Positions 18,955 to 28,775 of a stretch of 64,000 nucleotides of DNA are shown here, one piece after another; within the stretch, counting starts at the first letter, position 1, and each line of letters begins with the position of its first letter. The notes beneath the pieces are model-generated. The model was not told the origin of the DNA. It was given only the letters and a program-made list of their open reading frames with translations, and did no database searches. Position numbers and translations under genes: made by a program. This DNA is from a virus. The stretch is taken from the IMG/VR virus record IMGVR_UViG_3300046333_000090. The stretch is one strand, 5' to 3'.

Positions 18955-21900
18955 ATGCAAGTATTTAAAAGAGATGGCAGCATAGAACCATTAGATCTAG
19001 AAAAGATTCATACAATGGTATTTCGTGCATGTGAAGGGGTTGACGATGTGTCCCCTTCATTAGTAGTAATGAATAGTAAAATTCAATTAACAGATGGGAT
19101 TGCTACAGAATATATTCAAAATCTATTAGTGACATCTGCTAATAATTTAATTACTATCGAAGAACCAAACTATCAGTACGTGGCAGCACGACTACTACTA
19201 TTTGGACTATATAAATCTTTATATCCACAGTGGAAAACATTTGGGTTAGTACATATATATCACCATATCACTAGATTCAAAAACAAGTATGATTCTATCT
19301 TATTTGACAGTTACTCTAAAGAAGATTGGGACGTACTAAATGAAGCAATTGACCATAGTAAAGATTATAAATTTACATATGCGTCGTTACAACAATTAAT
19401 TGATAAGTATCTAATTCAAGACAGATCTACTGGATTTGTATATGAGATTCCGCAGTATGCGTATATGCTGATTGCCGCCACAGTATTTCATGATTATCCA
19501 GTAGAAACTAGATTAGCTACGGTTATAGATTACTACCATGCAATCTCCGATCATGAAATTAATCTCCCTACGCCTATTATGAGTGGCGTGAGAACTAAAC
19601 AACGCAATTTTTCTAGCTGTTTTCCTGCTGGACAATTAGTGCATACAAGTACTGGATTAAAGCCAATTGAAACTATTTCCGTTGGAAATATGGTGTTGAC
19701 TCATGCTGGAAGAATGATGTCAGTATTAGCTACGAATGCTAAATATTTTGAACAAAAATATGTAGCTATTGATACTTATTCTACTTTGAATGATCAATTT
19801 GTTTCAACTGATGATCATTTAATATTTGCGGCTAAGGATGTCGGATGTATTCGTGGTTCTGAACATCGTTCTTGTATATGCAGTCAGGGTATTTATAAAT
19901 ATTGTGAGAAATATCCCAGACAATATTCTGAAGATTGTATTAATTTATACAAAAATGATTTATTTGAACCAAAATGGACACCAGCAAAAGAATTAGATGA
20001 TAATTATTGGGTACATGTGGCATACAATAAATCTGTAGTAAATACTGAGTATTTAATTATATCAGATATAATTGATATTGGTAGTCGATACGATATCAAT
20101 GAAGAAGGATTGATACATTACAAAAGTTATAGATCTGATATATGGTATGTACCTAATAAAATTTATTTGAATGAAGAGTTATTCAGATTAATTGGGTATT
20201 ATTTGGCGGAAGGACATGCTACTGATGGTGGCAGTATGGGATTTACCTTCGGCAACAAAGATAAATATATTATTGATGATTGTGTAAATATTATTCAAAA
20301 CGTATTTGGGTATACAGTAATTCCCTCTAATAATCCTTACGACAATAGTACTAAAGTTAGTATATGCTCTAAAATTATTACTAACTTGTTTATCCGGCTG
20401 TGTAGCAATAAATTTGATAAAAAGTTTATTTGTTATGAATTAATGAATGCTTCTATAGAATTACAAAAGCAATTACTGATTGGAGTAATTCGGGGAGATG
20501 GTTGTGCGTATTCGCAGGGATTGCAGGTAGGGTTGTCTAATAAACAACTAATTTATCAATTATTTGATATATCTTTGCGATTAAAATTGTCACCAACTAT
20601 AAATGTGCAAAAATATAATGATGGTATACGCCAAGACGTGTATACTATATATTTTCCTAGAAGTGCAAATTATGATTTTATTATGGAAGTTGGTAAAGAT
20701 GTACATAAAGTAAATTATACTAGTAAAACATACGCTTATGGGATATGGAAAGATGACAATTATTTTACTAAAATAAAAAGCGTTAAAATTATTAATAGTA
20801 TTGACGATAATATAGTGTATGATTTACAAATTGCTGGAGATGAAAGTTTTGTAGTTTCTGGATTATCTGTACACAATTGCGCTTTACTTGATTGTGACGA
20901 TTCTACTTTATCTATATCTGCTAATAATCAAGCTACCGCTATGCTCACTGCCGCATCTAGTGGTATTGGTTTAAATGTGGGACGAATGAGGTCTATTGGT
21001 AGTAGTATCAGAAATGGTACAGTTATTCATCCTGGTATCGTCCCATTTTTGAAAATCTTTGAATCGACAGGTAAGGCATTTAGTCAGGCGGCGAGAGGTG
21101 GAAAACTAACCTGCTATTACCATATTTTCGGATACGAGATCGAAACAGTCATTCAACTCAAGAACAATCGTGCAAATGAAGTATCTTCGGTGAAGCATCT
21201 TGATTACTGTATTTGTATTTCAGAATTGTTTTATAAGAGATTTATAAATAACCAAAATATCACACTATTCTGTAATAGTGATACACCAGGATTGTATGAT
21301 GCTTTTGGCACCCCAGCATTTGATAAATTATATGAATATTACGAGAAAAAGGATGGGGTGAGAAAGAAAGTTGTATCTATGCAAAAACTGTTTGTAGATC
21401 TAATGGAACAACGATCTGAAACGGCGCGGATTTACATAATGAATGTCGATCATGCTAATACACATTCTCCGTACTTAGACGGAGTATATATGAGCAACTT
21501 GTGTGTTGCCCCAGAAACATTATTACTCACCAATAAAGGATATTTGCCAATTGGTACGCTAGAAGATCAATCAGTAACGATATGGAATGGATGGGAGTGG
21601 TCTGATACGGTAGTAAGAAAAACTGGAATTGATCAGAAACTAATCAATATTAAATTCCAAGATGATAAAGGTAATATTCATAACATAGAATGTACAGAAT
21701 ATCATAAGTTTTTTATACAATCCCGTAATGATGTAATTGAAGTTCGTGCAAACGATTTGATTGTTGGGCAATATATTCAGAATTGGAATCCTCCAGAATT
21801 TCTAATTGATTCTGATATAACTTTACATCAATATCATAGAGATTGGTGGGTATATAGCACACATAATATCGAAAGATTATCTGATACTTATTGTCTTACC

Positions 21901-22095
21901 GAACCAAAAAGAAATAGAATGGTAATAAATGGGATTCTCTCTGGGCAATGTGTCGAAATCATCCAGCCAAGTCACCCAATATCCGATATCAATGATACTG
22001 GAATTCACGAACATACTGTAGCAGTTAAGAATAATAAATTAGACGAATTTATTAAGCTATCTCAAGACAATGAGTTTCTTGAATTTCCTATCTAA
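18955..22095 (+). CDS. nrdA: class Ia ribonucleotide reductase alpha, fragment a (ATP cone to NLCxE), with two inteins
   Basis: ATP cone VFKRDG; LPTPIMSG.R; FSS|C; SNL|CVE. Confidence 0.93.
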   Translation: MQVFKRDGSIEPLDLEKIHTMVFRACEGVDDVSPSLVVMNSKIQLTDGIATEYIQNLLVTSANNLITIEEPNYQYVAARLLLFGLYKSLYPQWKTFGLVHIYHHITRFKNKYDSILFDSYSKEDWDVLNEAIDHSKDYKFTYASLQQLIDKYLIQDRSTGFVYEIPQYAYMLIAATVFHDYPVETRLATVIDYYHAISDHEINLPTPIMSGVRTKQRNFSSCFPAGQLVHTSTGLKPIETISVGNMVLTHAGRMMSVLATNAKYFEQKYVAIDTYSTLNDQFVSTDDHLIFAAKDVGCIRGSEHRSCICSQGIYKYCEKYPRQYSEDCINLYKNDLFEPKWTPAKELDDNYWVHVAYNKSVVNTEYLIISDIIDIGSRYDINEEGLIHYKSYRSDIWYVPNKIYLNEELFRLIGYYLAEGHATDGGSMGFTFGNKDKYIIDDCVNIIQNVFGYTVIPSNNPYDNSTKVSICSKIITNLFIRLCSNKFDKKFICYELMNASIELQKQLLIGVIRGDGCAYSQGLQVGLSNKQLIYQLFDISLRLKLSPTINVQKYNDGIRQDVYTIYFPRSANYDFIMEVGKDVHKVNYTSKTYAYGIWKDDNYFTKIKSVKIINSIDDNIVYDLQIAGDESFVVSGLSVHNCALLDCDDSTLSISANNQATAMLTAASSGIGLNVGRMRSIGSSIRNGTVIHPGIVPFLKIFESTGKAFSQAARGGKLTCYYHIFGYEIETVIQLKNNRANEVSSVKHLDYCICISELFYKRFINNQNITLFCNSDTPGLYDAFGTPAFDKLYEYYEKKDGVRKKVVSMQKLFVDLMEQRSETARIYIMNVDHANTHSPYLDGVYMSNLCVAPETLLLTNKGYLPIGTLEDQSVTIWNGWEWSDTVVRKTGIDQKLINIKFQDDKGNIHNIECTEYHKFFIQSRNDVIEVRANDLIVGQYIQNWNPPEFLIDSDITLHQYHRDWWVYSTHNIERLSDTYCLTEPKRNRMVINGILSGQCVEIIQPSHPISDINDTGIHEHTVAVKNNKLDEFIKLSQDNEFLEFPI
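19618..20877 (+). mobile_element. intein 1 in NrdA (420 aa, LAGLIDADG homing endonuclease)
   Basis: CFPAGQ...TDDH...LIGYYLAEG...LIGVIRGDG...VYDLQI...VHN|C. Confidence 0.92.
21502..21948 (+). mobile_element. mini-intein 2 in NrdA (149 aa, C-terminal Gln)
   Basis: CVAPETLLLT...CTEYHKF...TYCLTEP...LSGQ|C. Confidence 0.9.
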
Positions 22096-22156
22096 TATCC
22101 TCTCAGACCCCTCTAGGATGCCCTACAACGTACGATAATTAAAAATATGACTACTG
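22096..22156 (+). repeat. cassette core at the nrdA split
   Basis: CTCTCAGACCCCTCTAGGATGCCCTACAACGTACGA..AAATATGACTACT; its ATG is the start of fragment b. Confidence 0.75.
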
Positions 22157-23118
22157 ACATCTTCCGCATAGCAACAGACCGCCAATTCGATCCTAATACC
22201 GAAACATTAGTAGATGATGTAAAGATAATTGACAGACTGCCACCAGGCATCACATCTTGTGTATTAGGCGCAATCAGTTGGGATAAGTTATCTGACAACA
22301 TGTCAGATAACTTTATCAAAATGAAACGATGGTGTGATTTAGAGATCAGATCATTAAATCAGATCATCGACATACAGGAATACAATATCCCTAGTACAGA
22401 GATAGCCACTAAATCCGCAAGATATTTGGGGGTAGGGATTAATGGTTATGCAACATTTGCTGCACGATTAGGTTTATCATATAATCATAAAGAATTGTGG
22501 CAAATCACTCACGATCTTGCAGAAATGCAGATGTTTTGTCTATTATCTGCATCTAATAACTTAGCCAAAGAAGTAGGTGAATGTAAATGGTTTTATAAAA
22601 CTAAATATTCACAAGGAATTCTACCTATCGATCACTACAGGAAAAGTGTAGATGATGTAGTTCCTAATAATCTTAATATGGATTGGGAAGGGTTGAGAGA
22701 ATCAATTTTGATGAATGGACTCAGAAACAGTGCATTTTCTGCGGTGATGCCTGTACAATCATCTTCTGTAATTAGTAACAGTACTAATGGAATCGAACTA
22801 CCTCGCGCACCATTACAAATCATAAAGTCAAAGAATCGATTAATTCGACAAATAGTAAAAGATTTTAAAAAATTAGAAGATAATTATGAGTATTGTTGGG
22901 AAAAAAGTACAAATACAGGATATATCAATATTTGTGCCGTAATTCAAAAATTCTTCGACCAATCTATCTCAGCCAACTTGTATTACGATCCTAAATGGTT
23001 TTCAGACCAAACTATACCAATGGGTACGATGATTGGTGATGTCTTATATGCGTACAAGATGGGATTAAAAACATTGTATTATGCTAATTCAAATGACGGT
23101 CGAGATGATTATGAATAA
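22147..23118 (+). CDS. nrdA: ribonucleotide reductase alpha, fragment b
   Basis: SCVLGAI (C462 equivalent), RYLGVG, GLRNS, STNGIE, DQSISAN and GLKTLYY; there is no terminal CxxC. Confidence 0.92.
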   Translation: MTTDIFRIATDRQFDPNTETLVDDVKIIDRLPPGITSCVLGAISWDKLSDNMSDNFIKMKRWCDLEIRSLNQIIDIQEYNIPSTEIATKSARYLGVGINGYATFAARLGLSYNHKELWQITHDLAEMQMFCLLSASNNLAKEVGECKWFYKTKYSQGILPIDHYRKSVDDVVPNNLNMDWEGLRESILMNGLRNSAFSAVMPVQSSSVISNSTNGIELPRAPLQIIKSKNRLIRQIVKDFKKLEDNYEYCWEKSTNTGYINICAVIQKFFDQSISANLYYDPKWFSDQTIPMGTMIGDVLYAYKMGLKTLYYANSNDGRDDYE

Positions 23119-23181
23119 TCCAGTTAAATGTGTTAAAATAGATAAATAATTAATTACCCACCAATATATAAATCAAGAACC

Positions 23182-23355
23182 ATGCCAGAACAACATCCAG
23201 AATTGCTAACCGAAATATTGCCATCACACCCATTACCAATTCCTCAGCCAGAATTGCTGACAGAAGTACTGTCCACTTCTCCACATAAACGTAAGTATTG
23301 CACACCAATGATCATTAATGATGACACAGAAAGTTGCGAAAGTTGTAACGTTTAA
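23182..23355 (+). CDS. 57-aa ORF carrying the NrdA C-terminal redox Cys pair (fragment c)
   Basis: MPEQHPELLTEILPSHPLPIPQPELLTEVLSTSPHKRKYCTPMIINDDTESCESCNV; same frame as nrdA, with its own TGTGTTAAAAT motif upstream. Confidence 0.72.
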   Translation: MPEQHPELLTEILPSHPLPIPQPELLTEVLSTSPHKRKYCTPMIINDDTESCESCNV

Positions 23356-23435
23356 AAGGTATTAGGTAATATAAATCCCACTAAATCCCACTAAATTTAG
23401 TGGGATTTATTAAAATTATTAAATTTAATAATAAC

Positions 23436-25499
23436 ATGTCAGTAATAAATTTAGACAACTCAATCGACTTCACGAAGCAAACTCAATTTTTCGATCAACA
23501 ATTAAATTTACAACGATACGATAAGTATAGATATCCTCTGTTACATCAACTATACAAGACTCAAAAATCATACTTTTGGAGTCCGACGGAGATAACATTA
23601 CAGAAAGACAAAATAGACTATTCAAACTTGACCGAACAAGAAAAATTTATTTACACATCCAATTTAAAATATCAAATTTTGTTAGATAGTGTGCAATCTA
23701 GAAGTACATTGTTAGCATTTTTGCCATTTGTATCTCTACCAGAATTAGAAAAAAATATAATTATTTGGGGATTTTTTGAGACTATTCATTCGGAATCATA
23801 TACTCATATCATTGAGAATGTATATAATAAGCCATCTGAAATTTTTGATAATATTCTGAATATTCCAGAAATAGTAGAGCGAACCAAACAAGTCACTAAA
23901 TATTATGATGAGTTTATTGATTTTTCTAGTAGTTGGAATACCTCTAGTATAAAGACATTATTAGTAGACGGTAATGTTACCGCTAATCAAACATTATTAG
24001 AATTAAAACGTTCATTATATCTAGCTATAGTGAATGTGAATATCTTAGAAGGTATTAGATTTTATACATCATTCGCTTGCTCATTTGCCTTTGCAGAAAA
24101 TGCTAAAATGATTGGTTCTTCTGATATTATTAGTTTAATTGCCAGAGACGAAGCATGTTATACCACTGGACATGAAGCTTTGACGGATACTGGATGGAAA
24201 CTAATTGAAGATATTACAAAAGAAGATAAAGTGGCACAATACACCAACAATAATGCAGTAGAATTTGTTCACCCCACTGCTATTATTAATAAACAATATA
24301 TTGGTGATGTATATCAATTTATAGACGATTCCGGCAGAATTGAACAAATTGTTACTGCCGATCATCGAATGGTGTGGCGTGAGTTATTTACAGGCAGAAT
24401 GAAAGAATCGGTAGCAGCTACCACTAATTTTACATCAAGTAAGGCAATTGTGGTTAGTGGTATAGTTTTAGCAGGAGCAGTAGAATTAAGTCCTATAGAA
24501 ATTTTAAATATATACACTGAATATTGTGGTACTGTTTTAGAAGTATTAGAACATAAATTAAAGGTGGAGTTTAATGTAAAAAATGAGACTAATTGGAGTA
24601 AATTGGGTAGATCTTTAGTTGCATTAGGAATTAGTTACGATTACTATATTACATATAAAACTGGAGTATATACCATAACTTGCGAGATACCAACAGCTTC
24701 TTTACAAAAATATTTTAGTTGGGTGAATATCCAGGGTAAGTCTACATTATGGGCACAAAATTTAATAAATTTATGTAGGGCGTTGAATGGTAACAAATCT
24801 TGTATGTCTTCCGTTCCTGGTAAGTTTAAATTTACTATCAATCATACTAAGAGTTTGAAAAAGTTACAACAAGTGTTTGCTATTAGTAATTGGAAAATAT
24901 ATCATACTCACCCGTCAAAAAAATATGTTGGGTATAATATTAACGTATTGACTACTAGAAATTCTCATATTACTTCAAAAACAGAGAAGGTTAAACAAAA
25001 TTATAGTGGCAAGGTTTATTGTTTATCTGTTCCTTCTGGTGCATTTTTTGTTAGATATAATGAAAAGGTTTCAGTTGGGGGCAATTGTCATACTCGACTT
25101 ACTGAAACTATTATTAAGAATTGGCAAGCTGGTGAGGATAAAGATATTCTTAATATTATTAAAGAAGAAGAACAATTGGTATATACTATGTTTGATCTAG
25201 CAGTAGCGGCGGAAATAGAGTGGGCAGAATATCTTTTCAAAAATGGTAGTATATTGGGGTTGAATGTAGAACTATTATCACAATATATTAAATTTGTGGC
25301 GAATCGTAGACTTAAAGCGATCAATATGAAGCCACTGTATGACGATGTTTCTGTCAAGAATCCTTTGCCCTGGATCGATAATTATCTGAAGTCTTCTAAT
25401 ATAAGTGTCGCGCCACAAGAAACGGAGGTCTTATCATACCAAATTGGTAATATTGACAAAAATATAAGTGAAGGGCAATTCAGTAATTTTGAATTGTAA
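23436..25499 (+). CDS. nrdB: ribonucleotide reductase beta subunit with intein
   Basis: FWSPTE, LDSVQ, ETIHSESY, LEGIRFY, RDEA|CH and VAPQETE. Confidence 0.95.
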   Translation: MSVINLDNSIDFTKQTQFFDQQLNLQRYDKYRYPLLHQLYKTQKSYFWSPTEITLQKDKIDYSNLTEQEKFIYTSNLKYQILLDSVQSRSTLLAFLPFVSLPELEKNIIIWGFFETIHSESYTHIIENVYNKPSEIFDNILNIPEIVERTKQVTKYYDEFIDFSSSWNTSSIKTLLVDGNVTANQTLLELKRSLYLAIVNVNILEGIRFYTSFACSFAFAENAKMIGSSDIISLIARDEACYTTGHEALTDTGWKLIEDITKEDKVAQYTNNNAVEFVHPTAIINKQYIGDVYQFIDDSGRIEQIVTADHRMVWRELFTGRMKESVAATTNFTSSKAIVVSGIVLAGAVELSPIEILNIYTEYCGTVLEVLEHKLKVEFNVKNETNWSKLGRSLVALGISYDYYITYKTGVYTITCEIPTASLQKYFSWVNIQGKSTLWAQNLINLCRALNGNKSCMSSVPGKFKFTINHTKSLKKLQQVFAISNWKIYHTHPSKKYVGYNINVLTTRNSHITSKTEKVKQNYSGKVYCLSVPSGAFFVRYNEKVSVGGNCHTRLTETIIKNWQAGEDKDILNIIKEEEQLVYTMFDLAVAAEIEWAEYLFKNGSILGLNVELLSQYIKFVANRRLKAINMKPLYDDVSVKNPLPWIDNYLKSSNISVAPQETEVLSYQIGNIDKNISEGQFSNFEL
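24156..25085 (+). mobile_element. intein in the NrdB iron-binding DExxH motif (310 aa)
   Basis: CYTTGHEALT...VTADHRM...VYCLSVPSG...GGN|C. Confidence 0.9.
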
Positions 25500-25552
25500 T
25501 TATTGTTCATAAATCACTATAGAAAAGAGCAATTATGGAGTTGCTCTGATTA

Positions 25553-25630
25553 ACATGCTCTGAGAGGGGTGTAGAATGCTGTGTAACGCACAGAAATTAT
25601 AAATAAGATTATTATTATCAAAATATAAAA
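25553..25630 (+). repeat. dispersed cassette core with TATAAATA
   Basis: GCTCTGAGAGGGGTGTAGAATGCTGTGTAACGCACAGAAATTATAAATAAG. Confidence 0.8.
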
Positions 25631-26092
25631 ATGATCAAAGAATTGATGAAGATCAAAGATCTAACAGAATTTGAATGCGATTGTGAAGGGGTTAGAGACA
25701 AACTATTCAATACTCCAGAATTATTGACAATAACAGAACTGATTTATTTTTTGAGGATGTCTAATAATTTAGATTACTGGATCACTGGTACTCATTATGC
25801 AGTGATGAAATTAGTATCTTTATTAAGAATGCTCGAACCAGTTTATGGGGTATATAAGGAACAAGATAAAGAAAAAAATAGAATTATCACTAGTATTTGT
25901 TTAAATTTTATTAGCAGCGAGAAGGGGTCATTACAGTATGCTGCATTGGATTTGGTAGAGGCTGGGATTTGTGCGGAGTATCAACCAATCGTTGATTTAT
26001 TCCCCGTTATTGAGAAAATAATTATTGGTGACAGACATACCTCCAAATATGTATTATCTCATTTAAAATTAATTAAGGATTCGCATATATGA
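25631..26092 (+). CDS. hypothetical protein
   Basis: ORF directly behind the cassette. Confidence 0.6.
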   Translation: MIKELMKIKDLTEFECDCEGVRDKLFNTPELLTITELIYFLRMSNNLDYWITGTHYAVMKLVSLLRMLEPVYGVYKEQDKEKNRIITSICLNFISSEKGSLQYAALDLVEAGICAEYQPIVDLFPVIEKIIIGDRHTSKYVLSHLKLIKDSHI

Positions 26093-26652
26093 GAGAATTA
26101 GTAGAATCAGTTAAAGTATTTTATCTACTAACAGAAAGTGGAGATAGACCACCATCCAGTGAGATAGAACACGACGAAAAGAATAAACATTTGAAAACAA
26201 AATTAACAAAATACGCATATTCATCTAAGTATAACCACCCAAATCATTTTTCTCCAGATTATTCAGGGACATTTCATGGTGTATCTTGGAATACAGATCA
26301 TGACACTGAAAAAATGGATAAAAACCAAAAAATAGGAATTGTACAAGATGCCATACACTTACAAAAACATTTTGTAAAAAATGTAGCAAAACCTGGCGAT
26401 GTGCTACGAAGTATACCAGATGAAGATGATGATGGCGAAGGTGGTAATAAACGCGGAAAACTATATCAAAAAGTTGGTTTTGGTAAATTAGGAAATAGAA
26501 CTTCTCAGTATGGAATAATTAAACAACATCCTCATGACCACGATGACGAAACTAAACGAGGACAACATTATCTACATCCGTTAGAACACGAAGAAATAGA
26601 ATTGTCTCGAAAAAAATATTACGAAGAACGTGCAAAAAATGGCACCAAATGA
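26089..26652 (+). CDS. hypothetical protein, GNAT-like C-terminal motif
   Basis: NKRGKLYQKVGF motif; N-terminus MRELVES. Confidence 0.55.
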   Translation: MRELVESVKVFYLLTESGDRPPSSEIEHDEKNKHLKTKLTKYAYSSKYNHPNHFSPDYSGTFHGVSWNTDHDTEKMDKNQKIGIVQDAIHLQKHFVKNVAKPGDVLRSIPDEDDDGEGGNKRGKLYQKVGFGKLGNRTSQYGIIKQHPHDHDDETKRGQHYLHPLEHEEIELSRKKYYEERAKNGTK

Positions 26653-26688
26653 GTGCCATTTAATAATTTAAGTGCAATTGGACGCACA

Positions 26689-27114
26689 TCACCCCCCATA
26701 AACCCAACGACGATTATCCCCTAAATCTAGATGAGTGAAAACACTACTATCACCTACGCCACCAATCCATGTTTTAGATAATTTTTCGGTTACGTCACGA
26801 GGATTTACCCCAGAAATAATAATATCTACAGCATGTCCTTCAATATGTTTACTAAATCTAGCACCATTAACGGCACGATTAATGGCAGGTGGTCTATACC
26901 AACTGGTAATTGTAATAGAACGATCTTCAAAGTCCGAACGAACATCTTCCAATGCAGTAGCAATGCGTATAATGTTGCGAGTAATAGTTTCATTTTCAGG
27001 GATTCTAGTACCACCTTTGGTGGCTTCCGCCCAAGTAAAATGTGGACTTTCTAGAGATATTGGAGCATCTAATGCTACAATTTTAGATAATCCTGGTACT
27101 TTAATTGTTTTCAT
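26689..27114 (-). CDS. endolysin, peptidase M15A family
   Basis: SWYRPPAINRAVNG, SKHIEGHAVD and FTHLD (Zn ligands H, D, H). Confidence 0.88.
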   Translation of the reverse strand: MKTIKVPGLSKIVALDAPISLESPHFTWAEATKGGTRIPENETITRNIIRIATALEDVRSDFEDRSITITSWYRPPAINRAVNGARFSKHIEGHAVDIIISGVNPRDVTEKLSKTWIGGVGDSSVFTHLDLGDNRRWVYGG

Positions 27115-27266
27115 GAATATAAATATTATTTTTTAGTACGATATTATTTATCTCAACTAAAAAATACTTTTATCTTCACAAAATTACTAGACCTAATATT
27201 TCTTCAATAATCACAAGAAAAATTTGGACACACATTTAAAATAAATATTATAAATTAATTAAAAAT

Positions 27267-27626
27267 ATGAAGACCAGTTCTGGTAAGGCCAAGGGGCGTG
27301 GATTTCAGCAAGATATTAGGGATGTAATATTAGAAGCATTTCCCACACTAGAACCCGACGATGTGAAATCTACAGGTATGGGACAACAGGGCGAAGATAT
27401 ACAACTCTCCCCCCAAGCCAGAAGACTTTTTCCCTATAGCATCGAAGCGAAGCGGCACGAAAAATTATCAATACCTGCGTGGTGGAGACAGACTATCACC
27501 AATATCAAAGAAAATACTAATCCGGTATTGATCTTTAGACAGTCTAGACAGAAAGCATTGGTGGTAATAACCTTAGATCATTTTATGGAATTAGTTAAAG
27601 AAAATTACGAACTAAAAAACAGATAA
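27267..27626 (+). CDS. PD-(D/E)xK nuclease, Holliday junction resolvase-like
   Basis: KAKGR...GEDI...SIEAK...PVLIF. Confidence 0.7.
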   Translation: MKTSSGKAKGRGFQQDIRDVILEAFPTLEPDDVKSTGMGQQGEDIQLSPQARRLFPYSIEAKRHEKLSIPAWWRQTITNIKENTNPVLIFRQSRQKALVVITLDHFMELVKENYELKNR

Positions 27627-27655
27627 ATAAAGATATAACCACTCAATAAATCATT

Positions 27656-27907
27656 ATGTCAAGCAAAGCAGAAAAGATTGTTACTATTATCGAATATTAT
27701 AAAATCAAATCAGAAACATTTCCAGCGACAGATGTAGAAGAAGTTGTTGAATTGCGTAAGCGCGTTGCCGAATTGGTGAAAGAGTCTGACGAAATCCAAG
27801 CAGTTATTGATAAATATAACAAAGAAGTAGTTGAGGTTCCAGTAGAAGTGGTAGAACCAGTCGCAGTACCACCCAATCCTTATGTCATTAAATATCCAAC
27901 ATTGTAG
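27656..27907 (+). CDS. hypothetical protein
   Basis: Clean ORF after GATAAATA. Confidence 0.6.
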   Translation: MSSKAEKIVTIIEYYKIKSETFPATDVEEVVELRKRVAELVKESDEIQAVIDKYNKEVVEVPVEVVEPVAVPPNPYVIKYPTL

Positions 27908-27989
27908 TGATGATAATTAATTACAATGGGGGGGGGGTAATATCATGCTCTAGCTATCACACATCCTTTGCGGAGGATGTTTAACGAAT

Positions 27990-28110
27990 TTATTAAATTT
28001 AATAATGACCTTCTAATTGATTTTAGAAGGTCATTATTTTTATGATTTGACACTAGTACTCATATTTATAGTTTTTGTGCGTTGTAGAGCATTTTAGCGA
28101 TGTCTGGCAA
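27990..28110 (-). repeat. full dispersed cassette, minus orientation
   Basis: Palindrome, AATGACCTTCTAA..TTAGAAGGTCATT hairpin, TATTTATA and GTGCGTTGTAGAGCATT. Confidence 0.85.
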
Positions 28111-28121
28111 TACATTAATAA

Positions 28122-28223
28122 CTGTGTTATAATGATTATATAGTTTATATTAATAAAATGATTCATTACGATCCTATAGTAAATTTATATCAGGTAACAT
28201 GGGAAGCACCAATTAAATTTTAA
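28122..28223 (+). pseudogene. miniature HNH-family derivative (promoter, first ~12 and last ~9 codons)
   Basis: The upstream region matches the 5' flank of 49354-50049. ORF 28158-28223 (MIHYDPIVNLYQ-VTWEAPIKF) matches MIHFCKILNLYQ...LTWDKPIMF. Confidence 0.65.
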
Positions 28224-28265
28224 TTTAATACTAGCCTAAATATTTGATACAAGCTGATTAAAATT

Positions 28266-28775
28266 ATGAGTATTTTATGCGATAGTAATCAATTTTTGAT
28301 AGGAATCCTGATTAATCAACAACAATATGACACAATAGATGTAGATTATGTAAGAAATCAATATATTAATCGATTGCAGAATTATTCTGCACATTTCTAT
28401 AATTATGGGTCAGTAATTTTATGTTTTGATAATAATAATTACTGGCGGAAGGACGTGTTTCCTTATTATAAGTATAGTAGAAAGGAAGATCGGAAAAAAT
28501 CGACAATCGACTGGTCAAAAATATTTAATGACATCAATATGATTAAACAGGCATTAAAAAATACTTCATATTCCGTAATGGAAGTAGATGGTGCCGAAGC
28601 CGACGATATTATTGCAGTTATCTCAAAACACGAATATATTAATAATACTAGCACTATGATTATCTCTGGTGATAAAGATTTTGTCCAGTTATTAAAGTAT
28701 CCAACAGTTAGTATTTATAATAGTCAGAAAAATATTTTATTAAAGGGAAAAATTTGTGAAAACCAATTTTTATGA
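28266..28775 (+). CDS. rnh: RNase H / 5'-3' exonuclease (T4 rnh), N-terminal part
   Basis: YWRKDVFPYYK, EADDII and SGDKDFVQL. Confidence 0.85.
   Translation: MSILCDSNQFLIGILINQQQYDTIDVDYVRNQYINRLQNYSAHFYNYGSVILCFDNNNYWRKDVFPYYKYSRKEDRKKSTIDWSKIFNDINMIKQALKNTSYSVMEVDGAEADDIIAVISKHEYINNTSTMIISGDKDFVQLLKYPTVSIYNSQKNILLKGKICENQFL

Noticed and set aside
22096-22146. Group I intron or split intein at the nrdA a/b break
   Set aside because: The gap is only 51 nt, and the fragment ends lack Cys/Ser...His-Asn intein blocks.
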